A DNA stretch of 64,000 bases from the NCBI GenBank assembly GCA_963813155.1, contig CAWEYG010000002.1:128001-192000 (forward strand), given 5' to 3'. Both the position numbers and the translations under genes were made by a program. The notes under the pieces are model-generated. The model was not told where the DNA came from, made no database searches, and saw nothing but the letters and a program-made list of their open reading frames with translations. Numbering within the stretch: position 1 is the first letter of the stretch; every line of letters begins with the position of its first letter. Source of the stretch: an uncultured Acidobacteriota bacterium (lineage in GTDB: Bacteria; Acidobacteriota; Thermoanaerobaculia; UBA5066; DATFVB01). This document shows, one piece after another, positions 9,800-21,156 of this stretch.

Positions 9800-10782
9800 T
9801 ACCAGCGCAGCAGCGCGGCGCCCCACGTGAGGCCGGCGCCGAACGCGGTCAGCAGCACGAGGTCGCCGGTCTTCACGAGCTTGCGGTCGACGCACTCGTC
9901 GAGCGCGATCGGAATGGACGCGGCCGACGTGTTTCCGTAGTGCTCGATGTTCTTGTACACCTTGGTCTTGTCGATCTTCAGCTGCTTGCCGACGGCGTCG
10001 ATGATCCGCTCGTTGGCCTGGTGCGGAATGAAAAGCTGGATGTCCTCGTGCGTGAAGCCCTGTTCCTCGAGAACCTCCTCGGAGACGTCCGCCATCGCGC
10101 GGACCGCGATCTTGAACGTCTCGTTGCCCTTCATCTTGATGAACGGCAGGCGCTCTTCGATCGACTTCGCGTCGTTGGCGGGCCGGGACGAACCGCCCCC
10201 CGGCATGCAGATGAAATCCCCGAACTCGCCGTTGGATTTCATCGACGTTCCCAGAATGCCGTGGTCGCCGCGCGTGGCCTGGAGCACGACGGCTCCGGCG
10301 CCGTCGCCGAAGAGCACGCACGTTCCACGATCTGTCCAGTCGACGTAGCGCGACAGGATTTCGCCGCCGACGAGGAGCACGGTTTCCGCTTTGCCCGATT
10401 GGATGAGGCCGTCGGCCAGGTGCATGCCGTAGAGAAAGCCGGTGCAGGCGGCCGAGAGGTCCGACGCCGCGGCTTTTTTCGCCCCGATGTTCTGCTGCAC
10501 GAGACACGCCGTCGAGGGGAACAGCATGTCGGAGGACACGGTTCCCACCAGGACCATGTCGACCTCCGACGCCGCGACGCCGGAACTTTCTAGAGCTTTC
10601 GCCGCGGCAGCCGTCGCGAGGTCCGAGAATTTCTGGCCCGGCTCGACGATGTGGCGCTCCTTGATGCCGGTCCGGGTCGTGATCCAGTCGTCGGAGGTCT
10701 CGACGATTTTCTCCAGATCCGCGTTCGTGAGGAGTTTGTCGGGGACGCACGATCCCGTGCCGATGATTTTCGCTCGAAGCAT
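9799..10782 (-). CDS. fabH: 3-oxoacyl-ACP synthase III
   Basis: AACTGF, LFGDGAGA, PHQAN, YGNTSAASIP. Confidence 0.95.
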   Translation of the reverse strand: MLRAKIIGTGSCVPDKLLTNADLEKIVETSDDWITTRTGIKERHIVEPGQKFSDLATAAAAKALESSGVAASEVDMVLVGTVSSDMLFPSTACLVQQNIGAKKAAASDLSAACTGFLYGMHLADGLIQSGKAETVLLVGGEILSRYVDWTDRGTCVLFGDGAGAVVLQATRGDHGILGTSMKSNGEFGDFICMPGGGSSRPANDAKSIEERLPFIKMKGNETFKIAVRAMADVSEEVLEEQGFTHEDIQLFIPHQANERIIDAVGKQLKIDKTKVYKNIEHYGNTSAASIPIALDECVDRKLVKTGDLVLLTAFGAGLTWGAALLRW

Positions 10783-10797
10783 TCTTCCTCCAGCGCC

Positions 10798-11820
10798 TCA
10801 GCGCGAGAGCATCGTCTTTTCCTTGACGTGCAGTTCCGCGATCGACTCCTGGATCCTCTCCGACAGCCGCTTCCGGGAAAACTCGCCGGCCATCCGAATC
10901 GCGTTCTTGACCGCCTTCGCCGAAGACCGCCCGTGCCCGATGATGCAGCACTTCTTGAGCCCCAGCAGCGGCGCGCCGCCGTATTCGGAGTAGTCGATCC
11001 GGGCCTTGAACGCGCGAAACGCGGATTTCGAGAGAAGAAACCCGACCGAGGCCCTGACCGACCTCGTGATTTCTTCCCGAAGCGACTTTTCGATCATCTC
11101 GCCAAGAGACTCCGACGCCTTGAGAAGCACGTTCCCGGTGAAGCCGTCGGTCACGATGACGTCGCAGCGCCCGTTGAAAACGTCGCTTCCCTCGACGTTT
11201 CCGACGAAGTTCAGGCCCGTCTCCTTCAGGACCTTGAAGGCTTCCTTCGTGCGGTCCGTTCCCTTCGTGTCTTCCTCGCCGATCGACATGAGACCGATCC
11301 GGGGTTTTTCGATCCCGAACAGGAGCTGCGCGTAGAGGTGCCCCATGACCGCGAACTCGCGGAAGTGCTGGTTCTTGCATTCGAGGTTCGCTCCGACGTC
11401 CAGGAGCATGCAGAACCCGGAAACGCTCGGCACGATCGCCGCGAGAGCGGGCCGGTCGACGCCTTCGATCGTCCCGATCACCATTTTTGCGGAAACCATG
11501 GCCGCCCCGGTGTGTCCGGCCGAGACCAGCCCGTCGGCCCGTCCCTCGCGCACAAGGTTGGCCGCGACCCGGATCGAAGAATTCCTTTTCTGCCGAATCG
11601 GCGCCGTGGCCGCGTCGCTCATCTCGATGACGTCGGGAGCCTCCACGATCTCGATCTCGGGCGGAACGGATCCGTTTCGCTTCTTCAGGAGCGCTTCCAC
11701 CGGCGCCGTCTTGCCGACGAGGATCGTCGACAAACCGAACTCGCGGAGCGCGGCGAGAGCGCCGTCCACCGTGACTTCGGGCGCATGGTCCCCTCCCATG
11801 GCATCTACCGCAATCTTCAT
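10798..11820 (-). CDS. plsX: Phosphate acyltransferase PlsX
   Basis: IAVDAMGGDHAP, LDVGAN, DGFTGNV, GGAPLLGL. Confidence 0.95.
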   Translation of the reverse strand: MKIAVDAMGGDHAPEVTVDGALAALREFGLSTILVGKTAPVEALLKKRNGSVPPEIEIVEAPDVIEMSDAATAPIRQKRNSSIRVAANLVREGRADGLVSAGHTGAAMVSAKMVIGTIEGVDRPALAAIVPSVSGFCMLLDVGANLECKNQHFREFAVMGHLYAQLLFGIEKPRIGLMSIGEEDTKGTDRTKEAFKVLKETGLNFVGNVEGSDVFNGRCDVIVTDGFTGNVLLKASESLGEMIEKSLREEITRSVRASVGFLLSKSAFRAFKARIDYSEYGGAPLLGLKKCCIIGHGRSSAKAVKNAIRMAGEFSRKRLSERIQESIAELHVKEKTMLSR

Positions 11821-11848
11821 GAGATACCCGGGTTCTCCGGGAGGGCCA

Positions 11849-12031
11849 TTATACGTGCTTGATGTCGATGACTTCCTTGCCCTTGTAATGCCCGCAGTGG
11901 GGACAGACCCGGTGAGGCATCTTGGGCTCGTGACAGTTCGGGCACTCGGAGAGCGACGGAGCCGTCAGAAAATCGTGGGCTCGCCGTTTGTCGCGGCGAG
12001 CCTTGCTGTGGCGGTGTTTGGGATTCGGCAT
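11849..12031 (-). CDS. rpmF: 50S ribosomal protein L32 (Zn-binding form)
   Basis: [19 protein letters not shown]...CPNC...CPHCGHYKG, 60 aa. Confidence 0.95.
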   Translation of the reverse strand: MPNPKHRHSKARRDKRRAHDFLTAPSLSECPNCHEPKMPHRVCPHCGHYKGKEVIDIKHV

Positions 12032-12048
12032 CGTGACCTCTCTTGCAG

Positions 12049-12612
12049 TTACTTGAAATTCTTCAGGACTTCGAGCCTGGGGTCGCCCGCCTTCTCGGCG
12101 CACGCGCACGTTCCCATGTTCAAATCCGTCCCGCAGCTCGGACACAGTCCCCGGCAGGCCTCCCGGCAGAGCGGCTTCATCGGGAGCGCGATCAAGACCT
12201 GCTCCCGCGCGATCTCTTCCAGCGGAAGCACCGGTTCGTCGAAAAACACCACGTCGAGATCGTCGCCGGAAATCTCGACTTCCTCTTCCGGCGCCGCGGC
12301 GGCGCGGCCCGGGCGCGCCGGCTTCGCCTCGGACGGCGGCGCGGGGCGCTTGCGGAGCCGCAGCCGGACCGGAAGGCTCTGCTCGAACGGGTACGCCGCG
12401 AGACAGCGGCCGCATTCGAGCTCTCCGGAATAGGAGAGGTCCGCATCGAGGAGGTACTCGTCGTCGACGGCTGTCACCTCGCCCGACATCGAGATCGGCG
12501 AAAGGGAAACCAGGGGCTCTCCGACGATCTCGACCGGCAGGGTCAGGACCTCGTCGGAGAACTGAAACGGCGCCTCTTTCGCGCCCTCGAGTTGAATTCG
12601 CGGACCGCTCAT
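12049..12612 (-). CDS. yceD: YceD/DUF177 protein
   Basis: CGRCL and [18 protein letters not shown] motifs; canonical position upstream of rpmF. Confidence 0.9.
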   Translation of the reverse strand: MSGPRIQLEGAKEAPFQFSDEVLTLPVEIVGEPLVSLSPISMSGEVTAVDDEYLLDADLSYSGELECGRCLAAYPFEQSLPVRLRLRKRPAPPSEAKPARPGRAAAAPEEEVEISGDDLDVVFFDEPVLPLEEIAREQVLIALPMKPLCREACRGLCPSCGTDLNMGTCACAEKAGDPRLEVLKNFK

Positions 12613-12693
12613 TGGAACTGCCAAAGATAAGAAAACTCGGCCGAAGTGTCAAATCGAGGGGGTTCGGCGGCCCGCGGACTAGAATGCCCCCGA

Positions 12694-13806
12694 ATGAGGG
12701 TTGGAATCGACGCGCGCGCTCTCCTGACCCAGAGAACCGGAATCGGCGTGTACACGGAGAACATCGCCCGGAATCTCGCGGGCCGCGAGGGAATGGAAAT
12801 CGACCTGTTTACGCCGCGGGAGGTGACTCCGAGACCCGACTTCCCGCAGGGCGTCCGGTTCGTGCCCGACGCACACAAGTTCGGAACTGTCTGGATCCAA
12901 ACGCACCTTCCGCGCCGCCTCGACGAGGCCCGTTCCGAGGTGCTGCTCGCGGCGCTCACGATCTCTCCGGCACGAGTCTCCGTTCCGGCCGTGTCCGTCG
13001 TCCACGACCTGACTCCCCTGTCGCATCCCGAGTGGCATCGGAAAAAGGTCGTCGTCGCATTCCTGCCCTGGATCGAGCGAACGCTCGACCGGGCGGCACG
13101 GGTCATCGCGGTTTCGGAAGCGACCGCGCAGGACCTGAGAGAGCGATTTCCCGAGGTTTCCGGAAAAATCACGGTCGTCCCCCACGGCGTGCAGCCGACC
13201 TTTCGCCCGCCGGCGGACCCGGCCGAGGCGGACGCAACGCGGGCCGAGTACGCCCGCTCGCGGAAGTACATCCTCTATCTCGGGACGCTCGAGCCTCGAA
13301 AAAACCTCCTGCGGCTCGTCTCCGCGTGCGAGCGCCTCTGGCGCGAAAAGCGCTCGCGCCCCGATCTCCTGCTGGCGGGCGGCGCCGGCTGGCGCTCCGC
13401 TCCGCTGCTCGAGAGAATCGCGCGGTCGCCGTTTCGGGACAAGATCCACCGGGTCGGCTACGTCGATCCCGACGACGCCCCGCGGCTGTATCGGGCCGCG
13501 GAAGTCTTCTGCTATCCGTCGATCGAGGAGGGGTTCGGGCTTCCCGTTCTCGAGGCGATGGCGTGCGGCGTTCCGGTCGTCGTCTCCACGGCCGCGGCCC
13601 TGCAGGAGACCGCCGGCGGCGCCGCGCTCTCGGCGCCCGCCGACGACGACGCGCTCCTCGCCGAGGCGATCGCCCGCGTGCTCGAGGAGCCGAATCTCCG
13701 ACAGGATCGGGTCGCGCGCGGCCTCGCGCGAGCGGCGAAGTTTCGCTGGGAGGACAGCGCCCGCCGGACGGCGGAGGTGCTGCGGCTCGCGTGCGGCGAA
13801 CGGTGA
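12694..13806 (+). CDS. Glycosyltransferase family 4
   Basis: [26 protein letters not shown]. Confidence 0.9.
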   Translation: MRVGIDARALLTQRTGIGVYTENIARNLAGREGMEIDLFTPREVTPRPDFPQGVRFVPDAHKFGTVWIQTHLPRRLDEARSEVLLAALTISPARVSVPAVSVVHDLTPLSHPEWHRKKVVVAFLPWIERTLDRAARVIAVSEATAQDLRERFPEVSGKITVVPHGVQPTFRPPADPAEADATRAEYARSRKYILYLGTLEPRKNLLRLVSACERLWREKRSRPDLLLAGGAGWRSAPLLERIARSPFRDKIHRVGYVDPDDAPRLYRAAEVFCYPSIEEGFGLPVLEAMACGVPVVVSTAAALQETAGGAALSAPADDDALLAEAIARVLEEPNLRQDRVARGLARAAKFRWEDSARRTAEVLRLACGER

Positions 13807-14936
13807 GCGACCGGAAACCGGAAATCGGCCTCGACGCGAGAAAGGCGAAGGATTTCGGGATCGGAACTTACACGCGCGAGCTCGTCGCCGCGATCGCCGA
13901 GAGCAAGGAGGCCGAAGATTTTCGCTTCGTCCTGTTCATCCGCGGTGAGGACCGCGAGCTCTTTTCCGGGTTGCCGGGAAATTTCTCGTTCGAGACCGCA
14001 AACTTCCCCGGGTACTCGCTCTCCGAGCTGACGTCCTTTGCGCGGCTCGTGAGGCGCCGCCGTCTCGCGCTCTTCCACGCGCTTCACTACGTGCTTCCGC
14101 CGTTCCTCGCGACAAGGTCTGTCGTGACGGTCCACGACCTGATCCATCTCGACCCGAGACTCTCGAGTCGGTCGTGGGCGTACCCGTACGCCCGTTTCAT
14201 GCTCGGGAGCTCGCTCTCACGGGCGCGCGCCGTGATCACCGGATCGAACGCCTCGCGGCAAAGCATCGTCGAGCGCTTCCCCGCGGCCGCCGGAAAGATC
14301 GCGGTCGTGCCGCACGGGGTGGCGGAGGAATTCCGCCCCGGACCCGACCCGGAAGGTCTCGCCGGGCTTTCGCGAAGATACGACCTGCCGCAGCGCTACG
14401 CGCTTTTCCTCGGGGGAGACCGGCCGCACAAGAACCTCCTTCGCGTCCTCGAGGCATTCCTTCTCGCCGTGCGCGACGGCGACGGCCTCGGGCTCGTTCT
14501 CGCCGGACCCCTGCCGCGCGACGCGCGAGTCCGGAAGCTTCTCGCCGCGCCCGAGCTCTCCGGCCGGACGCGGATCCTCGGGGTCGTGCCGCAGAAGGAC
14601 CTTCCGGGGCTTTACCGCGGCGCCGTCGTCTTTCTCTGCCCGACGCTCGAGGAGGGGTTCGGACTTCCGGCGCTGGAGGCCATGGGTTCGGGAACTCCGG
14701 TCATTGCGTCCGCGATCCCGGTCTGGCGCGAGACGTGCGGAGACGCCGCTCTTCTCGTCGAGCCGCGGGATCCGCGCGCGATCGCCGCGGCCATCGCGCG
14801 GGTCGCGGGCTCTCCGGAGGAGCGGGTACGGCTTCGCGACCTCGGTCTGCAACGCGCCGCCCGGTTTTCGTGGCGGGAGACAGCGAAGAAGACGGCGGAG
14901 ATCTACGGAAAGGCCCTGCGGGAGGGGACGCGGTGA
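13803..14936 (+). CDS. Glycosyltransferase family 4
   Basis: GIGTY, VTVHDL, PHKNL, EEGFGLPALEAMGSG; GTGA overlap. Confidence 0.9.
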   Translation: MSDRKPEIGLDARKAKDFGIGTYTRELVAAIAESKEAEDFRFVLFIRGEDRELFSGLPGNFSFETANFPGYSLSELTSFARLVRRRRLALFHALHYVLPPFLATRSVVTVHDLIHLDPRLSSRSWAYPYARFMLGSSLSRARAVITGSNASRQSIVERFPAAAGKIAVVPHGVAEEFRPGPDPEGLAGLSRRYDLPQRYALFLGGDRPHKNLLRVLEAFLLAVRDGDGLGLVLAGPLPRDARVRKLLAAPELSGRTRILGVVPQKDLPGLYRGAVVFLCPTLEEGFGLPALEAMGSGTPVIASAIPVWRETCGDAALLVEPRDPRAIAAAIARVAGSPEERVRLRDLGLQRAARFSWRETAKKTAEIYGKALREGTR

Positions 14937-16012
14937 GAACGGCCGTCGTGCACGACTGGCTGACGGGAATGCGAGGCGGCGAGCTCGTGCTCGAAGAGAT
15001 TCTCTCGCTCGTGCCCGAGCCGACGATTTTCACGCTGTTCCATTTTCCCGGAACGGTCTCCCGAAAGATCGAATCGTTCCCGATCGTCACGTCGTTCCTG
15101 CAGAAGCTGCCCGTCGGGCCGTCGAACTACCGAAACTTTCTGCCGCTGTTTCCGCGCGCCGTCGAATCGTTCGACCTCTCCGGGTACGACCTCGTCGTTT
15201 CCTCGTCGCACTGCGTCGCGAAGGGCGCGCGCAGCGGCCGCGCTCCCCACTTGTGCTACTGCTACACACCGGTTCGCTATGCCTACGACCAGTTCGACGC
15301 GTATTTCCACCGGGGAGAGACGCGCCTGTACGGGCTGAAGAAGCTTGCGATCGCGCGGCTCCGCCGCTGGGACGTGCGGACCGCGGCGCGCGTGGGCCGT
15401 TTCGTCGCGATCTCGTCCCGCGTCTCGCGCCGGATCGCCGACGCGTACGGACGCGAGTCCGCCGTGGTTTTCCCGCCCGTCGACCTGGATTTCTACACGC
15501 CGGGCGGGCAGGCCGACGGCGGGTACGCCCTCTGCGTGAACGCCCTCGTCCCGTACAAACGCCTCGACCGGGCGATCGAGTGGTCGAACCGGACGAAATT
15601 TCCCCTGCGAGTCGTCGGCTCGGGCCCCGAAGAGAAACGCCTCCGCGCTCTGGCGTCGAGCTCCGTTTCCTTCGAAAGAGGGCTTTCGAGAGAGGACTTG
15701 CGAGAACGCTACCGAAAATGTGCTTTTTTTCTCCAACCGGGCGAGGAAGACTTCGGCATCGCCTCGGTCGAGGCTCAGGCCTGCGGCCGCCCCGTCGTCG
15801 CCCTGGCCCGCGGAGGGGTTCTCGACGTCGTGACTTCCCCCGACCAGGGAGCTCTCTTCGAGTCCGACTCCGCGGACCAGATTTTGCGGGCGATTGACTC
15901 TCTGAGCCGCGTGGGCTTTAATTCCTCGGGCGCCCGAAAAAACGCGGAGCGCTTTTCGAAAGAACGGTTTCGCAGGGACTTCAGCCGGGAGCTTCAGGCG
16001 ACGACTTCATGA
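14933..16012 (+). CDS. Glycosyltransferase family 4
   Basis: VHDWLTGMRGGE, SSSHCVAKG, EEDFGIASVEAQACG. Confidence 0.9.
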   Translation: MRTAVVHDWLTGMRGGELVLEEILSLVPEPTIFTLFHFPGTVSRKIESFPIVTSFLQKLPVGPSNYRNFLPLFPRAVESFDLSGYDLVVSSSHCVAKGARSGRAPHLCYCYTPVRYAYDQFDAYFHRGETRLYGLKKLAIARLRRWDVRTAARVGRFVAISSRVSRRIADAYGRESAVVFPPVDLDFYTPGGQADGGYALCVNALVPYKRLDRAIEWSNRTKFPLRVVGSGPEEKRLRALASSSVSFERGLSREDLRERYRKCAFFLQPGEEDFGIASVEAQACGRPVVALARGGVLDVVTSPDQGALFESDSADQILRAIDSLSRVGFNSSGARKNAERFSKERFRRDFSRELQATTS

Positions 16013-17409
16013 TCAAGCAAAACGCCCGAAAGCAGGCCTCGCTTCTGATCGCCGCGGATCTCTTCGCGACGTTTCTCGCGCTCGCCGCCGCATGGTTCCT
16101 GCGATTCCAGTTTCAAATCGTCCCGGTCACCAAGGGCGTCCCGGAGTCGTCCGCGTACTGGCGCCTGCTGCCGATCCTCGCGATCCTCTGGCCGGTCGTG
16201 TACTCGTTCCACGGGTTGTATCGGCCGCGGCGGGGGCGCTCCCGCTCGGAAGAAGCGTTCGTGATCTTCAGCGCGACGGCGCTCGCCGTCGTTCTGCTCG
16301 CCGGCATCGCGACCTTCTACCGCGACTTTTCGTACTCGCGCCTCGTTCTGGTGATCTTCTTTCTCTGCGACGTCCCGTTCGTCGTGGCGGCGAGGCTCAT
16401 CGTGAGAGCCCGGTGGGAATCGAACTGGCGCCGCGGGATCGGCGTCAAGCGCGCGGTCATCGTCGGGGCGGGGCGGCTCGGCCGCTCCGTCGTCGATCGG
16501 CTCGTCGATCACCCGGAGGCCGGCATGAGCGCGCTCGCGCTGCTCGACGACGACGCGACGCTGCTCGGCCGCTCCTACCAGGGAGTTCAGATCGCGGGCC
16601 CGACGGCGGATTCCGCCTCGTGGATCTCGAGCGGGCGGGCGGACACGGTGTTTCTCGCGCTGCCGCTCGAGGCGCACCGCAAGACGCTCGACCTCGTTCG
16701 CGAGGCCGTGCGAGCCGGCGGCGAGGTGCGCGTCGTCCCCGATCTCCTCCAGCACATCACCTTCCGCGCCGGCCTCGAGGACTGGGACGGTCTTCCCGTC
16801 GTTCACCTGACCGAGACGCCCGTTTCCGGTTGGTCGGGAATGGTCAAGCGCGGGATCGACCTTCTTCTCGCGGCAGCAGGGCTGATCGTTCTCGCGCCGC
16901 TCCTTCCGCTGATCGCGCTTGCGATCAAGCTCTCCGGCCGCGGCCCGATTCTCTACTCGCAGGACCGGATGGGTCTCGACGGACGGTCCTTCCGCATGTG
17001 GAAGTTCCGCTCGATGAAAGTCGACGCCGAGGAAGAAACCGGCGCCGTGTGGGCCCGCGAAAACGATCCCCGCCGCACGGCCGTCGGGGCCTTCCTGCGC
17101 CGATGGTCGATCGACGAGCTGCCGCAGCTCTGGAACGTCCTGAAGGGCGAGATGTCGCTCGTCGGCCCGCGGCCCGAACGGCCGGAATTCGTCGCGGAAT
17201 TCAAGGAAAAGTTCCCCCAGTACATGCTTCGGCACCGGGTGCGTTCGGGCATGACCGGCTGGGCGCAGGTCCACGGCTGGCGCGGGAACACGAGCCTCGC
17301 CAAGCGCATCGAGTACGACCTTTTCTACATCGAAAACTGGAGCCTCGCCCTGGATGTCCGCATCCTCTGGATGACCCTCGTCCACGACCTGCGAGTCAAC
17401 GCGCACTGA
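16009..17409 (+). CDS. Undecaprenyl-phosphate sugar phosphotransferase (WcaJ-like)
   Basis: N-terminal TM helices; [37 protein letters not shown]. Confidence 0.92.
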   Translation: MIKQNARKQASLLIAADLFATFLALAAAWFLRFQFQIVPVTKGVPESSAYWRLLPILAILWPVVYSFHGLYRPRRGRSRSEEAFVIFSATALAVVLLAGIATFYRDFSYSRLVLVIFFLCDVPFVVAARLIVRARWESNWRRGIGVKRAVIVGAGRLGRSVVDRLVDHPEAGMSALALLDDDATLLGRSYQGVQIAGPTADSASWISSGRADTVFLALPLEAHRKTLDLVREAVRAGGEVRVVPDLLQHITFRAGLEDWDGLPVVHLTETPVSGWSGMVKRGIDLLLAAAGLIVLAPLLPLIALAIKLSGRGPILYSQDRMGLDGRSFRMWKFRSMKVDAEEETGAVWARENDPRRTAVGAFLRRWSIDELPQLWNVLKGEMSLVGPRPERPEFVAEFKEKFPQYMLRHRVRSGMTGWAQVHGWRGNTSLAKRIEYDLFYIENWSLALDVRILWMTLVHDLRVNAH

Positions 17410-17447
17410 CCGGGTTTACAATGGCTCCCAAAGACAAAGGGGGGCCC

Positions 17448-18947
17448 ATGAAACGTCTTCTTTTCGCCGCCGTCGCCGCGTGCGCGCTGGCTCTTCCCGC
17501 CGCCGCGAGCGAGATCCGGATCGCGATCTCGAAACCGCCTTCGTACTACGACCCCCGAAAGGCGAGCGACTCGATGACCTGGGCGCTGATCTCCCAGGTC
17601 TACGAAACGCCGCTCCTCTACACGACGGCGCAGCCCAACGGCGCTCCGAATCTCTTTTCCGACGTCGCGCGCGTGGACAACAGGACCTACGTCGGCACGC
17701 TCGTGTGGGGAATCGTCTTTTCCGACGGCGAGCCGCTCACGGCCGCGCAGATGATCGCGTGGCTCTCGACCGTGCGCGACATCGCTTCCCGGGCGACGAT
17801 GACCTCCGGGCACAAGGGCACGCGCGAAACGATCACGTTTCACCTGAAAGAGCCGGACCAGTATTTTTCTCAGCTGCTGATGACGAACTACTGCCCGATC
17901 GCGAAAGAAAAAGGCAAGGGCGTCTTCCTCGGAACAGGCCCCTACGTGCTGGGACGCCACGACGATCGCGAGATCGTCCTGGAGCGAAACCCCCATTACC
18001 ACGAGGCCGGCCAACCGAAGGTCGACCGCCTCGTTTTCCGGGTCTTCCCGGCCGCGCCGGATGGCACGAACCCCGGGCTGCTCGACGCGATCCGGAAGGG
18101 CGAGATCGATTTCACGGAGGCGCTGCCACTCTCCTCGCTCCCGCAACTCCAGGGCGTTCGAACGGCGAAGACGATCGTTCTCGAGTCGAGGAATACCGGC
18201 TGGATCTCGTTCAACCTGCGGCGCGCGCCGGCGAGCAACCTGAAAGTGCGCCAGGCCGTTGCGGCGCTCCTCAACCCCGAAGCGATCGTGAAACGCCTCT
18301 ATCCCGTCGGCACCCGCGTCGCGACGTCCTTTCTGCCTCCGGCGCTCGCGGCCCAGGTCCGGGGAGTCGATTTCGACCTGCATATCCGCCCCGACCCGGC
18401 GCAGGCGAAGAGCGACCTCGCCGCCGCCGGATTCGGCGCCGGCAAGAAACTCCCCCTGACGCTCCTCATCCTGTGGACCTCCCGCCCTTACTGCAACAAT
18501 CCGGTGCTCTTCGGCGAGATGGTCAAGAAGCAGCTCGAAGACTCGGGCGCAATCGAGGTCAAGGTCGACCAGCCCGCCTCGGGGGACGAGTACTTCCAGG
18601 CGCTCCTCAAGGGAAACTTCGATCTCGCGGGAAATGGCTGGATCGCCGACACCCCGAATCCCGCCGATTTCGTGGAGGCGAATTTCGCGTCCAGCAAGAT
18701 CGGCTGCCTGTCCAACTGCAACAACATGCCGGGATGGACCGACGCGCGCGTCGACCAGGCGATCCGCAGCATCCGCGCGGCGGGCGCGTCCGCGGATTTC
18801 CAGGCGATCGTCGAGGAGATTCGAAAAGAGCTGCCGATCTTCCCGATCGTCCACGGGCCGGAAGTCGTCGTCATGTCGAACCGCGTCCACGGCATCGAAC
18901 CGTCGACGTTTTCGTACCTGTCGTTCCGGTCGGCAACCGTCGAGTGA
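17448..18947 (+). CDS. ABC transporter substrate-binding protein, family 5 (no permeases nearby)
   Basis: Signal peptide; FSDGEPLTA, GTGPY, LERNPHY, KVRQAV. Confidence 0.8.
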   Translation: MKRLLFAAVAACALALPAAASEIRIAISKPPSYYDPRKASDSMTWALISQVYETPLLYTTAQPNGAPNLFSDVARVDNRTYVGTLVWGIVFSDGEPLTAAQMIAWLSTVRDIASRATMTSGHKGTRETITFHLKEPDQYFSQLLMTNYCPIAKEKGKGVFLGTGPYVLGRHDDREIVLERNPHYHEAGQPKVDRLVFRVFPAAPDGTNPGLLDAIRKGEIDFTEALPLSSLPQLQGVRTAKTIVLESRNTGWISFNLRRAPASNLKVRQAVAALLNPEAIVKRLYPVGTRVATSFLPPALAAQVRGVDFDLHIRPDPAQAKSDLAAAGFGAGKKLPLTLLILWTSRPYCNNPVLFGEMVKKQLEDSGAIEVKVDQPASGDEYFQALLKGNFDLAGNGWIADTPNPADFVEANFASSKIGCLSNCNNMPGWTDARVDQAIRSIRAAGASADFQAIVEEIRKELPIFPIVHGPEVVVMSNRVHGIEPSTFSYLSFRSATVE

Positions 18948-18962
18948 TTTTCGCGCCCGGAC

Positions 18963-21080
18963 TCAGGGGAAGAACGCCGTCCCGTCCTTCGGCTCGCCCG
19001 CGCTGACCCCGAAGAGCGCGAGCACGGAGGGCTCCACGTCGAGAATCGACGGAACGCCCTTCAGGCGCATCGGCAGGGACGAGAAAAAGATCCCCCGAAC
19101 GAGCTCCGGGTCGACCGAACAGTGGTCGCCGCTCCACACATCGGTGTTGTCCTCGAAGAGATCCGGGGTGGGGACGCCGAGCGAGGACTGCCAGGAAACC
19201 CGGAAGCCCGCCGTGTTCAGGACGAAGAGGTCGGGAATGAGGTTCGGGTCGAACCGTTTGTAGGCTTCCTCGCGGCGCACGACCCGGGATACCGCCCGGG
19301 CCCCCGACTTCGCGTCCGTCAGGGTAACCAGACGCTCGATGAGCTCGGTGCGAAGCTTCTCGTAGTCGGCCCCGGGATGCACGATCCCGTCCTTCTCCCG
19401 GCCGGCGACGTTGATGTAGATCTCGCCCAGACCCATCGCGTACGCCCGCGTCTTGCTCCAGTCGACGCTGTCCCAGAACGTGCCGTGGGAGAAGAGCTCG
19501 TCGAGATTCTTCCTCTGCGCCTCGCCCTTGAGCGCGAGGTAGCCGTTCTGCACGAGCCAGGTGTCGTAGTTGACCGAGCGCCGCCACGTCGCGAACCCGT
19601 GATCCGACGCGACGAGGAGAACGTCGGACGGCGAGAGCTTCTCCTGCGCCTGGCCGACGATCGAGTCCATCGTGTCGTACGACTTCTCGACCGCGTCGCC
19701 GTAGATCTTCGCGAGCCTCGCGTCGTAAGCGGGATGCTGCGGGTCCCGAAATCTCCAGAAAATGTGGCTCACGCGGTCGGGAAACTCGAAGTACTGGACC
19801 GCGCAGTCGACGGACTTGTCGGCAAGCACCGTGTCGAGGATCTTCCGCTCGCTCGCGACCGTCTGGTCCACGTCTTCCAGAAACGTCTTTTCGTCGATCG
19901 TCCCCGATTGGATCGACCAGGTGTCGATCGCCCATCCCATCGTCTTGAACAGGCCGGCCGACGAGACGAGGTCCCGCGCGAAGCCCGCCGGATTCGTGAT
20001 CTCGAAGCCGGGCGGCAGCGCTCGCGGGTCGAAGTTCACGGGGGAAAGATAGAGGCGGATCTCGGGCGACGCCGTGAGCAGGTGGAACTTCGCCATTCCG
20101 TGAAGCGTCACGAGCGTGTTCGCGGGAAACGAGATTCCGACCCAGTTGCTCCATTCGCCCACTTTCAGGTGGACCCGGGACCCGGACGTTTCGATCGTGA
20201 GCCCCGAATGGTCGGGGTCGACCGTGAGCCGCAGCGCCGCGTCGAGCCACGCGTTCGCGCGGCCGAAGTATTTCGCCGGGGGACCCGTGATCTTCGTCGT
20301 GATCGCCCCCTCGTTCGAGTCGAGCCGAACGAGCTCGATGGAGAAATCGTTGCCTCCCTTTGGCGCGAAGAACGGGTCCGACGTGTAGAACGACGGCCGG
20401 CCGATGCGGCCGGACAGGTCGGGCACGCCCAGCCCGGAGAGAAGCTCCCCGTCGGCGAACTGGTCCGGCGGAAACGTCACCGGCATCCGGATGACGACGG
20501 CTTTCTTGCCGGCCGCGCCCAGCGCCTGCCAGAGAGTCCGACCCTGGCGGTTGTTGACCGCGAACGGCTGCTTTTCCGGAACGTCCCGGCGGACGACGAC
20601 GAAGCCTCCCGCGGCGAGCGCGATTCCCAGGGCGAGGAAGACGATCCTCCCGGCCCGGCGCGCGAAGACCTGGGGCAGCAGGGCGACGACGAGAAAGATG
20701 ATCGCGCCCGCGACCGCCCCGTTCGCCGCGCCGAAGAAAAACGGCTTCTCGGATTCGTCTTCGATCGCGAAGGTCGGCGTCAGCGTTTTCGGGTCCCGCT
20801 TGAGAAAGTCGAAGATCCGGGTGCTCCCCGGATCGAGGCCGGTGGAGAAGGACGACCAGGAAACCGGCGTCTGCGCCGGGATCGGCGGCAGCAGCGGCGT
20901 GAAGCCCCCCTTCGCGCGAAGCGCGGCGAGATGGGGAAGCCGGCCCGCGGCCATCTGTTTCTCCACGAGCGCGGCGTCGACGCCGTCGAATCCGAGGATC
21001 ACGACACGCCGCTTTTCGGCTCGCGCCGCGGCGGAAACGAGGGAGACGAGGAGGACGGCAGCGGCGAACCTGAATTTCAT
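18963..21080 (-). CDS. Alkaline phosphatase/nucleotide pyrophosphatase-phosphodiesterase family protein
   Basis: Signal peptide; ILGFDG, QTPVSWSSFSTG, DRVSH, SDHGF, SGDH. Confidence 0.85.
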   Translation of the reverse strand: MKFRFAAAVLLVSLVSAAARAEKRRVVILGFDGVDAALVEKQMAAGRLPHLAALRAKGGFTPLLPPIPAQTPVSWSSFSTGLDPGSTRIFDFLKRDPKTLTPTFAIEDESEKPFFFGAANGAVAGAIIFLVVALLPQVFARRAGRIVFLALGIALAAGGFVVVRRDVPEKQPFAVNNRQGRTLWQALGAAGKKAVVIRMPVTFPPDQFADGELLSGLGVPDLSGRIGRPSFYTSDPFFAPKGGNDFSIELVRLDSNEGAITTKITGPPAKYFGRANAWLDAALRLTVDPDHSGLTIETSGSRVHLKVGEWSNWVGISFPANTLVTLHGMAKFHLLTASPEIRLYLSPVNFDPRALPPGFEITNPAGFARDLVSSAGLFKTMGWAIDTWSIQSGTIDEKTFLEDVDQTVASERKILDTVLADKSVDCAVQYFEFPDRVSHIFWRFRDPQHPAYDARLAKIYGDAVEKSYDTMDSIVGQAQEKLSPSDVLLVASDHGFATWRRSVNYDTWLVQNGYLALKGEAQRKNLDELFSHGTFWDSVDWSKTRAYAMGLGEIYINVAGREKDGIVHPGADYEKLRTELIERLVTLTDAKSGARAVSRVVRREEAYKRFDPNLIPDLFVLNTAGFRVSWQSSLGVPTPDLFEDNTDVWSGDHCSVDPELVRGIFFSSLPMRLKGVPSILDVEPSVLALFGVSAGEPKDGTAFFP

Positions 21081-21156
21081 GGATCGAGATCCTACCCCAC
21101 CCGGCCGACCTCGGAGCTCGCGAATTGCGCGCTCCGAATCGATTACGATATTCCTC

